A DNA stretch of 64,000 bases from Verrucomicrobiia bacterium (GCA_035577265.1 DATLVR010000066.1:93819-157818); one strand, 5' to 3'; counted from the stretch's first letter, positions 50,029 to 58,627 are shown. A program made the numbers and translations. Notes: generated by a model from the letters alone, not told the origin.

Positions 50029-50859
50029 ATGATCGAAGAAAATCCATTTGCCGCACCGGCGGTCGGAAGCCAGCGTGGCGGGAATCCATCCCGGCCGGGC
50101 TGGATTGTCGCCGGCATTCTGGCGGTGCTGCTGGTTGTGGCGGTGCTGCTCTGGGTGACCGCGCTGGCCAAACAACGCAGTCTGGAATCACTCCGGTCCC
50201 AATTGGATGACGCCAACACCCGGCTCGACAACGCCCGCACCGAAAGCCAGAAAGATAAGGAGCAGATCACAGCCCTGCAAGCCCAGGTGGCGGATTTGGA
50301 GCAGGCCAAGGCAGCCGTCGCCCAGGCGGCGAGAAGTCTGGAGGATGAAATGCGCGCCGGCCTGGAATCCAAAGACGTCACCATCTCCAAACTGCAGGGC
50401 AAGCTGACGGTGAACATCCTTGACCGGGTCATGTTTGATTCCGGCGAAGCGATCTTGAAACCGGAAGGCGAATCCGTGATGCGCAAGATCGCGGCCATCC
50501 TCGCCGAACATCCCGACCTCAAGATTCATGTCATCGGCCACACCGACAATGTGCCCATGCGGAACCGGTTCGCCAGCAATTGGGAACTCTCCGCCGCCCG
50601 CGCCCTGGCCGCCGTGCATTTCCTCACCGAAAAAGCCGGGGTGGATCCGCGCCGGGTCGGGGCGGTTGCCTACGGGGAATACCGGCCCATCGCCGACAAC
50701 GCCACCGCCGAGGGCCGGGCCAAAAACCGCCGGATCGCCGTCACCATTCTCTCCGATGAACTCGCCGGCGTTGACGCCGCACCGCCCGCGAAGCCGGGTG
50801 CCGCCGCCGATTCGCCGCCGGTCCTGCCGGACGCCATGCCACCCGCCGCAAATTATTGA
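50029..50859 (+). CDS. OmpA/MotB-family protein with TM anchor and coiled coil
   Basis: HVIGHTDNVP..SNWELSAARALAV..NRRIAV OmpA_C motifs. Start at MIEENPF. Confidence 0.75.
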   Translation: MIEENPFAAPAVGSQRGGNPSRPGWIVAGILAVLLVVAVLLWVTALAKQRSLESLRSQLDDANTRLDNARTESQKDKEQITALQAQVADLEQAKAAVAQAARSLEDEMRAGLESKDVTISKLQGKLTVNILDRVMFDSGEAILKPEGESVMRKIAAILAEHPDLKIHVIGHTDNVPMRNRFASNWELSAARALAAVHFLTEKAGVDPRRVGAVAYGEYRPIADNATAEGRAKNRRIAVTILSDELAGVDAAPPAKPGAAADSPPVLPDAMPPAANY

Positions 50860-50893
50860 AACCTGGACATACGGGCGATGACGCCCGCTGGAC

Positions 50894-52141
50894 TCAGGCT
50901 GGGAGGGAATTGTCCCGGCAGATTTTGGAATAAATTTCCCCCAGCGGCTTCATTTTGCGCGGCAGTTTTTCATCCGCAAAGTCCACAGACAGGAGTCCGA
51001 ATTTTTTGGTGTAGCCGAACTGCCATTCAAAATTGTCCAGCAGCGACCAGTAAAAAAAGCCACGCACCTCCACGCCCGCCGCCATCGCGCCATGCAGCGC
51101 GGTCAGATTTTCGCGCAGATCGCGCTCGCGGAATTTTTCATCGTCGGAAGCCGCGCCATGCTCGGTGATGTAGATGGGGAGGCGGAATTTCCGGTTGAGA
51201 TAGGAAAGGATTTTCACCATGCCTTCGGGATAACGTTCCACCATGTCGTCGCAGACAAAGCCGAAATCGTCGAGGGTTTCGACCGGCGTGCCGCTGGCGG
51301 GAATCATTGCCCGGAAATGATGGAAGCGCACGCGGCCGTAATAATTGAGCCCGACGAATGTGGACGCGTGCCGGCGTCCGCCGCCGAGAAACGCATCCAG
51401 CACGAATTTGTTGAACGTGTAATGACAGGCAAACGCGGTGGTGCGGTCCCACGGCGAAAATCGCTTGTAGGCGTGGAAAAAGGTCCAGTTCTTCGCGATG
51501 CCGACTTCCGGTTTGCGGCCGGCGTTGCCATCACGCTGGATGACGCGGCTGACCTGCACGTGTGCACGCGACATGTGGGCGATCACTTTGCGAAACTGGC
51601 CGAGCTGCCACTTGCGCTGGGGCGGAAAGCCGCCGAGCAGATACGCCACGCACGCGTAGGTGTCGGGCTCGTTGAACGTGTTCCAAAGGTAAACGCGCTC
51701 CTTCAGCGCGGCGACGAGCTTGGTGGCATAATCCACGAACGCCGGAATCGTCGCCGCGTTCGTCCAGCCGCCCAGCGCGTTGATCCAGGGCGGATTGGAA
51801 AAATGATGCAACACGACCATGGGCGTGATGCCTTTCGCCTTGAGGCAATCCAGAAGATGAACATAGCGGTTGAGTTCGTTTTGGTTCAGGGGCGTGAACG
51901 GCGCGGATTGCAGGCGCGACCATTCGATGCCGAAGCGGTGGGCGTTCGTGCCGAGCCGGGACATCCACTCGATGTCCTCGGGGTAACGATGATAGTTGTC
52001 GCAGGCGATGCGGCAGTTGCTGCCATCCTGCGCGGTGAAGCTGGTCCACTCATTTTCAACGTGGCCTTCCACCTGCGTCGGCGCCGTGGCGGTGCCCCAC
52101 AAAAAGCCGGGCGGAAAATTGAGAGTAGCGCCGTTGCTCAT
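50894..52141 (-). CDS. glycoside hydrolase family 1 (beta-glucosidase-like)
   Basis: TFNEP (acid/base) and YITEHG (nucleophile region) motifs. Confidence 0.8.
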   Translation of the reverse strand: MSNGATLNFPPGFLWGTATAPTQVEGHVENEWTSFTAQDGSNCRIACDNYHRYPEDIEWMSRLGTNAHRFGIEWSRLQSAPFTPLNQNELNRYVHLLDCLKAKGITPMVVLHHFSNPPWINALGGWTNAATIPAFVDYATKLVAALKERVYLWNTFNEPDTYACVAYLLGGFPPQRKWQLGQFRKVIAHMSRAHVQVSRVIQRDGNAGRKPEVGIAKNWTFFHAYKRFSPWDRTTAFACHYTFNKFVLDAFLGGGRRHASTFVGLNYYGRVRFHHFRAMIPASGTPVETLDDFGFVCDDMVERYPEGMVKILSYLNRKFRLPIYITEHGAASDDEKFRERDLRENLTALHGAMAAGVEVRGFFYWSLLDNFEWQFGYTKKFGLLSVDFADEKLPRKMKPLGEIYSKICRDNSLPA

Positions 52142-53283
52142 CGCCCGGATTTTTTTGGGGACTCGGCTGGGCGCGCAGCGTCAGCCGCGCTCCGCGCAAA
52201 GAAGTTTTCCCCGACCGCGAGTTCGATGGCGGCAAACAGTTTCTCCGGCGCGCAGTTCACCCAGTTGCGGAATTTTTCCACGGGCAGATGATCCGGCAGT
52301 TCGGCCAGACGGTCGAGATTGAAACTCTTCTCCGCCAGGCCGAGGCCGGCCTGCTCGGCGTCGAGGGCGTTGACCTGCTGCTCCACGTGGTTTTCCACCG
52401 GCACCAGAAAGAGCGGCTTGCCCAACCAGGCGGCCTCGCTCACGGATTCAAAGCCGGCAGTGCAGACGACGTGACGGCATTCCGCCATCATCTGTAAAAA
52501 CTTCTCGCCATCGAGCCGGTGAAATGTGAGCGACGGCGAATGCTCGAATTCAGCCGGCGCGCCGGGCTTGTCGTAAAAACAATGCAGCTTCGTCCGCGGG
52601 TTCTGCGCGCTCCACGCGATGATCTGTTCGGCGTAACCATGGTTCAACAAATACACGAGCGCGAAATCGCCGGCCGGCTTTGATTCAAGCTGGAAAAGCT
52701 GGCGGCGCAAAATCGGCGGGCCGACGACGATCCGCTTTGCCGGCAGGTCCGGCGCGGCGTAAAGCGAGAGGGCCAGCTTGGTCACGCGCGCGCCGAGGAG
52801 GCAGGTATAAAGCTTCATGCTCAACTGCTGTTTCCACAGCTGTGGCGTGCGGACGTAGCCGGGATGCTGGAACATGAATTGATGGCCGATGGCAACAACG
52901 GGCGGCCGCGTTCGCCGCGTGATGGCGTAGAGCGCGGCCATCGGTTCGAAGAAATTGAGGATCACGTCTGGCTGCGTTGCGCGGACGAGGTCGTCGAGCT
53001 GGCGGAGAATGCGGAAATATTTCGGGAGATTGCCAAAGACGCCGAGCAGGGTCGCCAGATTGCTGACGGAGCGGTTGTTCTTATACTTGAATTCCAGCGT
53101 GGGCAGTTGCCGGACGGGCAGCTTCATCGCCGATGCGAAGTATGCCGGCATGGGCCGTTGCGTGCTCACGCCGAGCGTGACGGCGACGATTTGATGTCCC
53201 GCCGCTTCCGCCATTTCCTTGACGGCCATCGCCTGGGTCATGTGACCCCGGCCCTCGCCCAGCACGCAGAACATCATTTTCAT
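52138..53283 (-). CDS. GT-B fold glycosyltransferase (GT1/GT28-like, MJ1255-type)
   Basis: N-terminal FCVLGEGRGHMTQAMAV Gly-rich motif. ATGA overlap with the GH1 gene. Start at MKMMFCV (53281-53283). Confidence 0.65.
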   Translation of the reverse strand: MKMMFCVLGEGRGHMTQAMAVKEMAEAAGHQIVAVTLGVSTQRPMPAYFASAMKLPVRQLPTLEFKYKNNRSVSNLATLLGVFGNLPKYFRILRQLDDLVRATQPDVILNFFEPMAALYAITRRTRPPVVAIGHQFMFQHPGYVRTPQLWKQQLSMKLYTCLLGARVTKLALSLYAAPDLPAKRIVVGPPILRRQLFQLESKPAGDFALVYLLNHGYAEQIIAWSAQNPRTKLHCFYDKPGAPAEFEHSPSLTFHRLDGEKFLQMMAECRHVVCTAGFESVSEAAWLGKPLFLVPVENHVEQQVNALDAEQAGLGLAEKSFNLDRLAELPDHLPVEKFRNWVNCAPEKLFAAIELAVGENFFARSAADAARPAESPKKSGR

Positions 53284-54049
53284 GGAAGTGGATGAGTTTG
53301 ATCCGGCCGTCGAAATCTTCAATCAAAGCCGTGCAACTTTCAACCCAATCCCCGCAGTTCAAATACTCCACGCCATCGATCGTCTTGATCTCGGCGCGGT
53401 GGATGTGCCCGCAGATCACGCCGTCCGCCTTTTGATTGCGCGCCATCGCGGCCAGCGTGGACTCGTATTCGGTGACGAATTTGACGGCGGACTTGGCCTT
53501 GAATTTCAGATACGCCGCCAGCGACCAGTAACCGAAACCCAGCGCGCGCCGCAGCCGGTTGAAGTGCAGATTGAAGTCGAGGATCCAGTTGTAGAGATGC
53601 GAGCCGAGCTTCTCCAGCAAATGATTGAAATGCGTCAGGCCGTCCGCCTGGTGGCCGTGGATGACGAGATATTTTTTCCCGTCGGCGGCGGTGTGGATCA
53701 CCTGATGCGCCATCACCACGTTGCCAAACCGCATCCCGGCAAACTGGTCGATGAATTCGTCGTGGTTGCCGGTGATGTAAATGACCTTCGTCTGCTTGCG
53801 GCTTTTGCGGAGCAGTTTTTGGATGAGCACGTTGTAATCGTCGCGCCAAAACCAGCGGAATCGCAGTTCCCAGCCGTCAATCAGGTCGCCGACGATGTAG
53901 AGATATTTGCAGTCCACCACGCGGAGAAAATCCAGCAGTTCCCCGACGCGGGCATGCCGCGTGCCGAGATGAATGTCCGAAATCCAGACCGACCGGCAGG
54001 TCAGGGTCTCGTCGGACTTCAAATCCAGATGGGCTTGGTCAGCTTTCAT
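53081..54049 (-). CDS. LpxH-like calcineurin-type metallophosphoesterase (UDP-2,3-diacylglucosamine diphosphatase family)
   Basis: SDIHLG, GDLIDGW, GNHDEF, HGH and GHIH motifs. The last ~65 codons are low-complexity and overlap the GT gene by 203 nt, so the 3' end is doubtful. Confidence 0.65.
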   Translation of the reverse strand: MKADQAHLDLKSDETLTCRSVWISDIHLGTRHARVGELLDFLRVVDCKYLYIVGDLIDGWELRFRWFWRDDYNVLIQKLLRKSRKQTKVIYITGNHDEFIDQFAGMRFGNVVMAHQVIHTAADGKKYLVIHGHQADGLTHFNHLLEKLGSHLYNWILDFNLHFNRLRRALGFGYWSLAAYLKFKAKSAVKFVTEYESTLAAMARNQKADGVICGHIHRAEIKTIDGVEYLNCGDWVESCTALIEDFDGRIKLIHFHENDVLRAGRGPGSHDPGDGRQGNGGSGGTSNRRRHARREHATAHAGILRIGDEAARPATAHAGIQV

Positions 54050-54316
54050 AGCTCTAGCACAACTGGACTCTGCTACAGTGTGAATAACTTTGGCAATAAC
54101 TTATTGTCATTGTCACCGGATCTTCACTTGACCGTAACCGGATTGAAATAATTCCGCCATGCGACCCTGGCTCCCGTTTGATTTGGCTGCCGCACCCGGG
54201 TCAGCCAGCCGGAGCCATCGGGCGGTTCGGGCGCGCCAGTTGCCCGCGGATTGCTTTTATCAGTGCAAAAGATTTGTGGACAAACCGCGGGCATTGCCCG
54301 ATAAAGTTCAGGATTA

Positions 54317-54571
54317 ATGATGGCGTCGTTGCAAAGTGAATTTCCGTTGCGGGTGGCGGTTTGTGCCTGGTGCAAACCCAAAAACCGCAGTGCGGATTTG
54401 GGTAACAGTCCCGGCGCGATTTCGCACGGCATTTGCCCGCGCCATTTGAAGAAGCTCCGGCTGGAATTGCAGATGCAGAAGGCTGGCAGTCATCCGGCAC
54501 CAGCGACGGCGGCGCAGTCGCGGCGGCGCCGGGCACCGTTCAATCATCCGCAACTGAACTATCAGGCTTGA
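54317..54571 (+). CDS. small Cys/His protein (possible zinc ribbon)
   Basis: CAWCK..(17)..HGICPRH pattern. 84 aa. Weak support. Confidence 0.3.
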   Translation: MMASLQSEFPLRVAVCAWCKPKNRSADLGNSPGAISHGICPRHLKKLRLELQMQKAGSHPAPATAAQSRRRRAPFNHPQLNYQA

Positions 54572-54692
54572 CCGCATCAAAAACCTTGCGCGGCTCCGCG
54601 TGCTGTCGGATGGACGCGTGGTCTGGCAGGCGGATATCGGCGCGGAACTGGCGGACCTGCCGGCAAACTTGATTCGTGAACAGAAACCGTGA
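54433..54692 (+). pseudogene. decayed paralogue of the C-terminal part of the 54983-55605 gene
   Basis: SSATELSGLTASKTLRGS, then after a 19-nt deletion and frame change, RVLSDGRVVWQADIGAELADLPANLIREQKP-stop. Aligns with ..SATADLQPGDRVNTLRGSMSGTILRVLPDGRVLWRADSGAELTGLPESLIREPKP. Confidence 0.55.
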
Positions 54693-54835
54693 CGCTCAAC
54701 CATCAGCCGTCCTACGGCATTGACGTGACGAAGAAAATTCCCGGCGAAGGTTTGAAACGCGCCTGGCTCCCGCTAATGCGCATGGACGAAAACGTGCAGA
54801 AGAAAGTGGATGCTCTGTTCGGAGGAAAACCGTGA
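54689..54835 (+). CDS. small ORF, FKRAW...VKAKVEKLF family (copy 1)
   Basis: GTG overlapping the preceding stop (GTGA). VTLNHQPSYGIDVTKKIPGEGLKRAWLPLMRMDENVQKKVDALFGGKP. Confidence 0.4.
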   Translation: MTLNHQPSYGIDVTKKIPGEGLKRAWLPLMRMDENVQKKVDALFGGKP

Positions 54836-54972
54836 AAACGAAATCACTTGTCACGCCGGAGCCCTGGCGGAGGCGGAAGATGGATGCGGCGGTGAAGGCG
54901 AAAATTGATTCGTGGTTCAAGCCAGGACCGGCTGAAGAACGCCACTTGCGCGAAAACAGGAACCAGGTTTAG
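54832..54972 (+). CDS. small ORF distantly related to the same family (copy 2)
   Basis: GTGA-coupled. VKTKSLVTPEPWRRRKMDAAVKAKIDSWFKPGPAEERHLRENRNQV. Confidence 0.3.
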   Translation: MKTKSLVTPEPWRRRKMDAAVKAKIDSWFKPGPAEERHLRENRNQV

Positions 54973-54982
54973 ATTATGAGCG

Positions 54983-55605
54983 ATGAAACTGAGATTGGAT
55001 CTGCTGGAGCAAATGACCGACCAGGACATTCTGGAGGAAGTGCTGGCGAACAATCACCGTTACAAGCCCGAGCCGCTTTTCTCAAAAACCGGAGTTGGGA
55101 GCTTGTCGTCGGCCTCAACCGAGGAGCGTGCGCAAGAGGAGGCGCGCAGCACGGCCAGAATTCAGAGAGCTATCGAACGCTTGAAGCAGAATGGCGCAGC
55201 CGCCAGGGAGAAGTCTCCACCCTCAACGCAGCCATAGAATTTTTGCGGCAATGTCACCGCCGCGCACCGTTCCTCTTTTTCAACGGCAACACCTTCGCTG
55301 ATGTGGGACGAACCGTGGTTGACTTCGTGTTTGCTGAACTTCCCACCACCCGCCGTCGTGAAGTGGTGTCAGCGGTGGCTCATTACATCGCCGGTGTTCT
55401 GGATCATGACTCTCTGGTGCGCATCGTGAACGAAGTTTCCGCCACCGCTGATCTTCAACCCGGCGACCGCGTTAATACTCTGCGCGGCTCAATGTCCGGG
55501 ACGATTCTGCGCGTATTGCCGGATGGCCGCGTGCTCTGGCGCGCTGATTCCGGCGCGGAACTGACGGGCCTGCCGGAAAGCTTGATTCGCGAACCGAAAC
55601 CGTGA
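54983..55605 (+). CDS. hypothetical protein, apparently split over two frames
   Basis: Frame A (54983-55237) gives MKLRLDLLEQMTDQDILEEV... The overlapping frame from ~55210 gives ..AIEFLRQCHRRAPFLFFNGNTFADVG..LPDGRVLWRADSG..REPKP. The N-part of the track ORF at 54976 looks non-coding. Confidence 0.4.
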
Positions 55606-55644
55606 CACTCGGTTCACCATGAAGGTGGAAAAACTCTTCGGCCC

Positions 55645-56433
55645 ATGAAACAACTGCTGGCTTCCATTCTGATCGTCGGGTTGGTTTGCGGGTGTCACAC
55701 GACCCGAACAGCCACCGTGCCGACTGCGCCGCACATTCGCGTGCTCACCTACAATGTGAATTGGGGCGGAGCGCGACCGGATCTTGCCGCGGAAATCATC
55801 CAACGTTCCGGTGCCGAGATTGTCTGTCTCCAGGAAACCACGCCGCAATGGGCGGAATATCTCCGGCAAGCTTTGGGGCGCGACTATCAGTTCACCCAGT
55901 TCCGCGATTCCCAAAACCGCATGGGCGGCGGACTTGGGTTCCTCGCCAAGGTTCCGGCGCACGAAGTGGCGTATGTTCCCTCGGAGACGGGCTGGTTCGA
56001 CGGTTGGATCATGAGATTCGAGACCGTCATCGGGCCCGTGCAGGTCATCAACGTTCACTTGCGACCGCCCATCAGCGATGGCGGCAGCTGGGTCAGCGGT
56101 TATCTGACAACCGGTGACGATCGCCGTTTGGAAATGGAGAAATTCTACCAGGCCCGCGCGCCGCAAACCCCGACCCTGGTCCTTGGGGATTTCAACGATG
56201 GGGAAAGCAGCGCCGTGGCCCGCTGGTTGCAAGGCCAGGGTCTGAGTGATGCCCTCCCGCAATTCGACCGCTACAGTCCGACCTGGCAATGGCAGACCAG
56301 TGTGGTTACCCTCAAGCGTCGCATGGACCACATCTTCTACACGCCGGAACTGGACTGTGCCGCCGCCCGGGTCATTACCGCCGGCGCTTCGGATCACTTT
56401 CCCGTCGAAGCCATCTTCACCAAAGCCAGATGA
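55645..56433 (+). CDS. endonuclease/exonuclease/phosphatase (EEP) family lipoprotein
   Basis: Lipobox LVCGC, RVLTYNVNWGG, IVCLQE, LGDFND, SDHFPV. Confidence 0.8.
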   Translation: MKQLLASILIVGLVCGCHTTRTATVPTAPHIRVLTYNVNWGGARPDLAAEIIQRSGAEIVCLQETTPQWAEYLRQALGRDYQFTQFRDSQNRMGGGLGFLAKVPAHEVAYVPSETGWFDGWIMRFETVIGPVQVINVHLRPPISDGGSWVSGYLTTGDDRRLEMEKFYQARAPQTPTLVLGDFNDGESSAVARWLQGQGLSDALPQFDRYSPTWQWQTSVVTLKRRMDHIFYTPELDCAAARVITAGASDHFPVEAIFTKAR

Positions 56434-56591
56434 GTGACGCCACGAAGAAAATTACCGGCGAAGGTTTCAAACGCGCGTGGCCGCCTTGTGCAATCGAAGC
56501 TCTGCAAGAGCGAAGACTCACGCTCGTCAAGATGGATGAAAACGTGAAGGCGAAGGTGGAAAAACTTTTTGGATCGCAGCAGCCGATGTGA
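56430..56591 (+). CDS. small ORF, FKRAW...VKAKVEKLF family (copy 3)
   Basis: ATGA overlap with the EEP stop. MSDATKKITGEGFKRAWPPCAIEALQERRLTLVKMDENVKAKVEKLFGSQQPM. Confidence 0.4.
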   Translation: MSDATKKITGEGFKRAWPPCAIEALQERRLTLVKMDENVKAKVEKLFGSQQPM

Positions 56592-56610
56592 GGAGGCTCA
56601 ACTTGCCGCG

Positions 56611-56705
56611 AATCCCAAGGGGATTCTGTCCCAAAGCCCAAGGTTGCGAGGAACGAGCTACCTTGGGAAAACTGAACAAGACAATTACAACCCCAACGGG
56701 GTTGT
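56611..56705. repeat. REP family 2 unit, inverted orientation
   Basis: Hairpins aatccc-aag-gggatt, cccaaggt..accttggg and acaacccc-aac-ggggttgt. The reverse complement closely matches 58234-58290. Confidence 0.8.
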
Positions 56706-56731
56706 GGCGAAGTTTGGTGTTCGTTGCGTGT

Positions 56732-57523
56732 TCAAGGTTTGGAAGACGACGGCACTTCACCAGCGCATCCAGCCCAAGTCCTCAGCACGATGGAATGAAT
56801 AAAGTGATTCACGTCATTGAACTCAAAATGCTCAGGCACTCGCGTGTCAGCGCGAGGAAACAGACGAAAAGGATTCAAGCCACCGAAAGCAACATAGCCG
56901 ACTTCCGCACCCGGTGTTACACCAACGCGAAGCAGCAGTTGGTTGACTTGGATACAGAACTGAAAACATGCGCCTTTGTTGTGGGTCTGCACGCCGACAA
57001 ATTTATTCCCGTTGATGATGGGGAATGTCTTCGTCAACGCCGCAGCAATTCCTGTGACTCTTGCCCTCGCAACATCCATCCACACTCCACCGGGAGACTG
57101 GCCTAGAGCGATTTCTTCAATCAAACTTTGTGGTAGATGCAGTTTCCCCGGCAGCGCGTATGAAGTGGTAAGGGCGGTCTTCGTCATCCAGCGCGCGAGA
57201 ATGCTCGCATGTTGGCGCAGTTCTTCCAGATGCGTGTGCGCCAAGATGGGAAACTGCCTTTCGGTCAACGGTCTCAGGATTTGATCAACTTCGGATTCCA
57301 TCTTCGACATCCAACCCGTGTTGCAGGCCACACAGACAATTCTCGCCTCGAAGCGAAGCGAGACGTGCTTGCGTTCGTCGAGATAACCTTAACCATCCAC
57401 ATATCGCCCAACGTGAACTAGAAATTTTCCGTCAGTTTCGGGCGCGATACGCCGGTGCAGCCATTGAGGAATGGCGTGCTCAAGACTGTCGGCGCGGTTG
57501 CCACAAAAAAGACATTTGCTCAT
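56732..57523 (-). pseudogene. HNH-endonuclease-like gene with an in-frame TAA
   Basis: ATG 57521-57523: MSKCLFCGNRADSLEHAIPQWLHRR..., TAA at 57389-57391. The same frame continues ..RIVCVACNTGWMSKME.. to 56732. Confidence 0.55.
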
Positions 57524-57619
57524 TGGCTCAGACTTTATCGCTTTTCACGCCGTTGACCAAACAGATTGCCGGCACGTTTGCCACAACCTCGTTGAGGTTG
57601 TTTCCATTTCGACACGTGA

Positions 57620-57680
57620 ACCCAAGGTAGGCGCTGGCGCGCCAACCTTGGGCTGGAGGCCGCAATCCCTTTGGGATTGG
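57620..57680. repeat. REP family 2 unit upstream of the second RAYT-like gene
   Basis: cccaaggtaggcgctggcgcgccaaccttggg followed by caatccc-ttt-gggattg. Confidence 0.8.
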
Positions 57681-57715
57681 CAAACCACGACACGTCGGGC
57701 ATAACAATTGCACCT

Positions 57716-58171
57716 ATGCCTCAATCCCTTTCCGCCGTTTACATTCATCTGGTCTTTTCCACCAAAGACCGTCGTCCTTTCCTGCGCGACAAAGCCCCGC
57801 GCGACGCGCTTCATTCGTATCTCGGCGGTGTCTCCAAACAACTCGATTGCCCGCCCATCCTCGTCGGCGGCGTGGATGACCATGTCCATCTGCTCGCGCG
57901 ATTCGGACGCACTCTCACGCAAGCCGAATGGGTAAAGGAATTAAAACGCGTCTCGAATCTCTGGCTAAAGGAACGCGGTCGTGAGTATGCCGACTTCGAA
58001 TGGCAAGGCGGTTACGCGGATTTCTCCGTGAGCCAATCCAATCTCGAACCGGTGAAGCAATACATCGCCGGACAGGAGGAGCATCATCGCAAGATTGGAT
58101 TTCAAGATGAATTGAGGGCGTTGTTGCGACGGCATGAAATGGAATGGGATGAGAAATACGTTTGGGATTGA
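57716..58171 (+). mobile_element. IS200/IS605-family Y1 (HUH) transposase-like protein, RAYT-type
   Basis: YIHLVFSTKDRRPFL, DDHVHLLARF (HUH), QGGYADFSVS, IAGQEEHHRK. Start at MPQSLSAVYIH. Confidence 0.75.
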
Positions 58172-58192
58172 ATCGTCGCCATCGCGAGACTT

Positions 58193-58290
58193 GCCGCAAC
58201 CGCGTTGCGGTTGAATTTATTCCCGAAACAGAACCCAAGGTAGCTCGTGCCTCGCAACCTTGGGCTGGAGGTCACAATCCCGGTGGGATT
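58193..58290. repeat. REP family 2 unit downstream of the RAYT-like gene
   Basis: ccgcaac-cgc-gttgcgg, cccaaggtagctcgtgcctcgcaaccttggg, aatccc-ggt-gggatt. Confidence 0.8.
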
Positions 58291-58332
58291 ACCGCAACTC
58301 GGTTGCTGTCAGAGTCGCGCTCACGCGCCGGG

Positions 58333-58431
58333 CGGCAGCAGGAATTCCAGCCTGATTTTTCAAACGACCTCCATCACGCGCAGGCTGCCCTGCGGTTGCT
58401 GCGGGTCTTGGCAGACGGCCACCAGCGCGCC
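58333..58431. repeat. R2 repeat, copy 1
   Basis: ..caggaattccag..ccatcacgcgc..cctgcggttgctgcgggtcttggcagacggccacc. Related to 59704-59775 and 63318-63432. Confidence 0.75.
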
Positions 58432-58436
58432 CAGCT

Positions 58437-58570
58437 CCGTCAGGAGCGAAATCTTTGTAGAACTCCCGCGCCAAAAAAATCTCAAGCCCCGGCGGGGCGA
58501 AATATGCCGCTCCTGACAGAGCTTGAATCCGTTTTCACTTCACTGCTACAAAGATGTCGCCCCGCCGGGG
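58437..58570. repeat. three short copies, in mixed orientation, of a motif translating as YKD(F/V)AP.GA
   Basis: gagcgaaatctttgta (minus sense), gcgaaatatgccgctcctgac and ctacaaagatgtcgccccgccgggg. Confidence 0.5.
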
Positions 58571-58627
58571 CTTCATCGGCGTGTTTTCTGGTTCACGGAT
58601 TTGCTTTCCCGGCTTAACATCAGTTGC

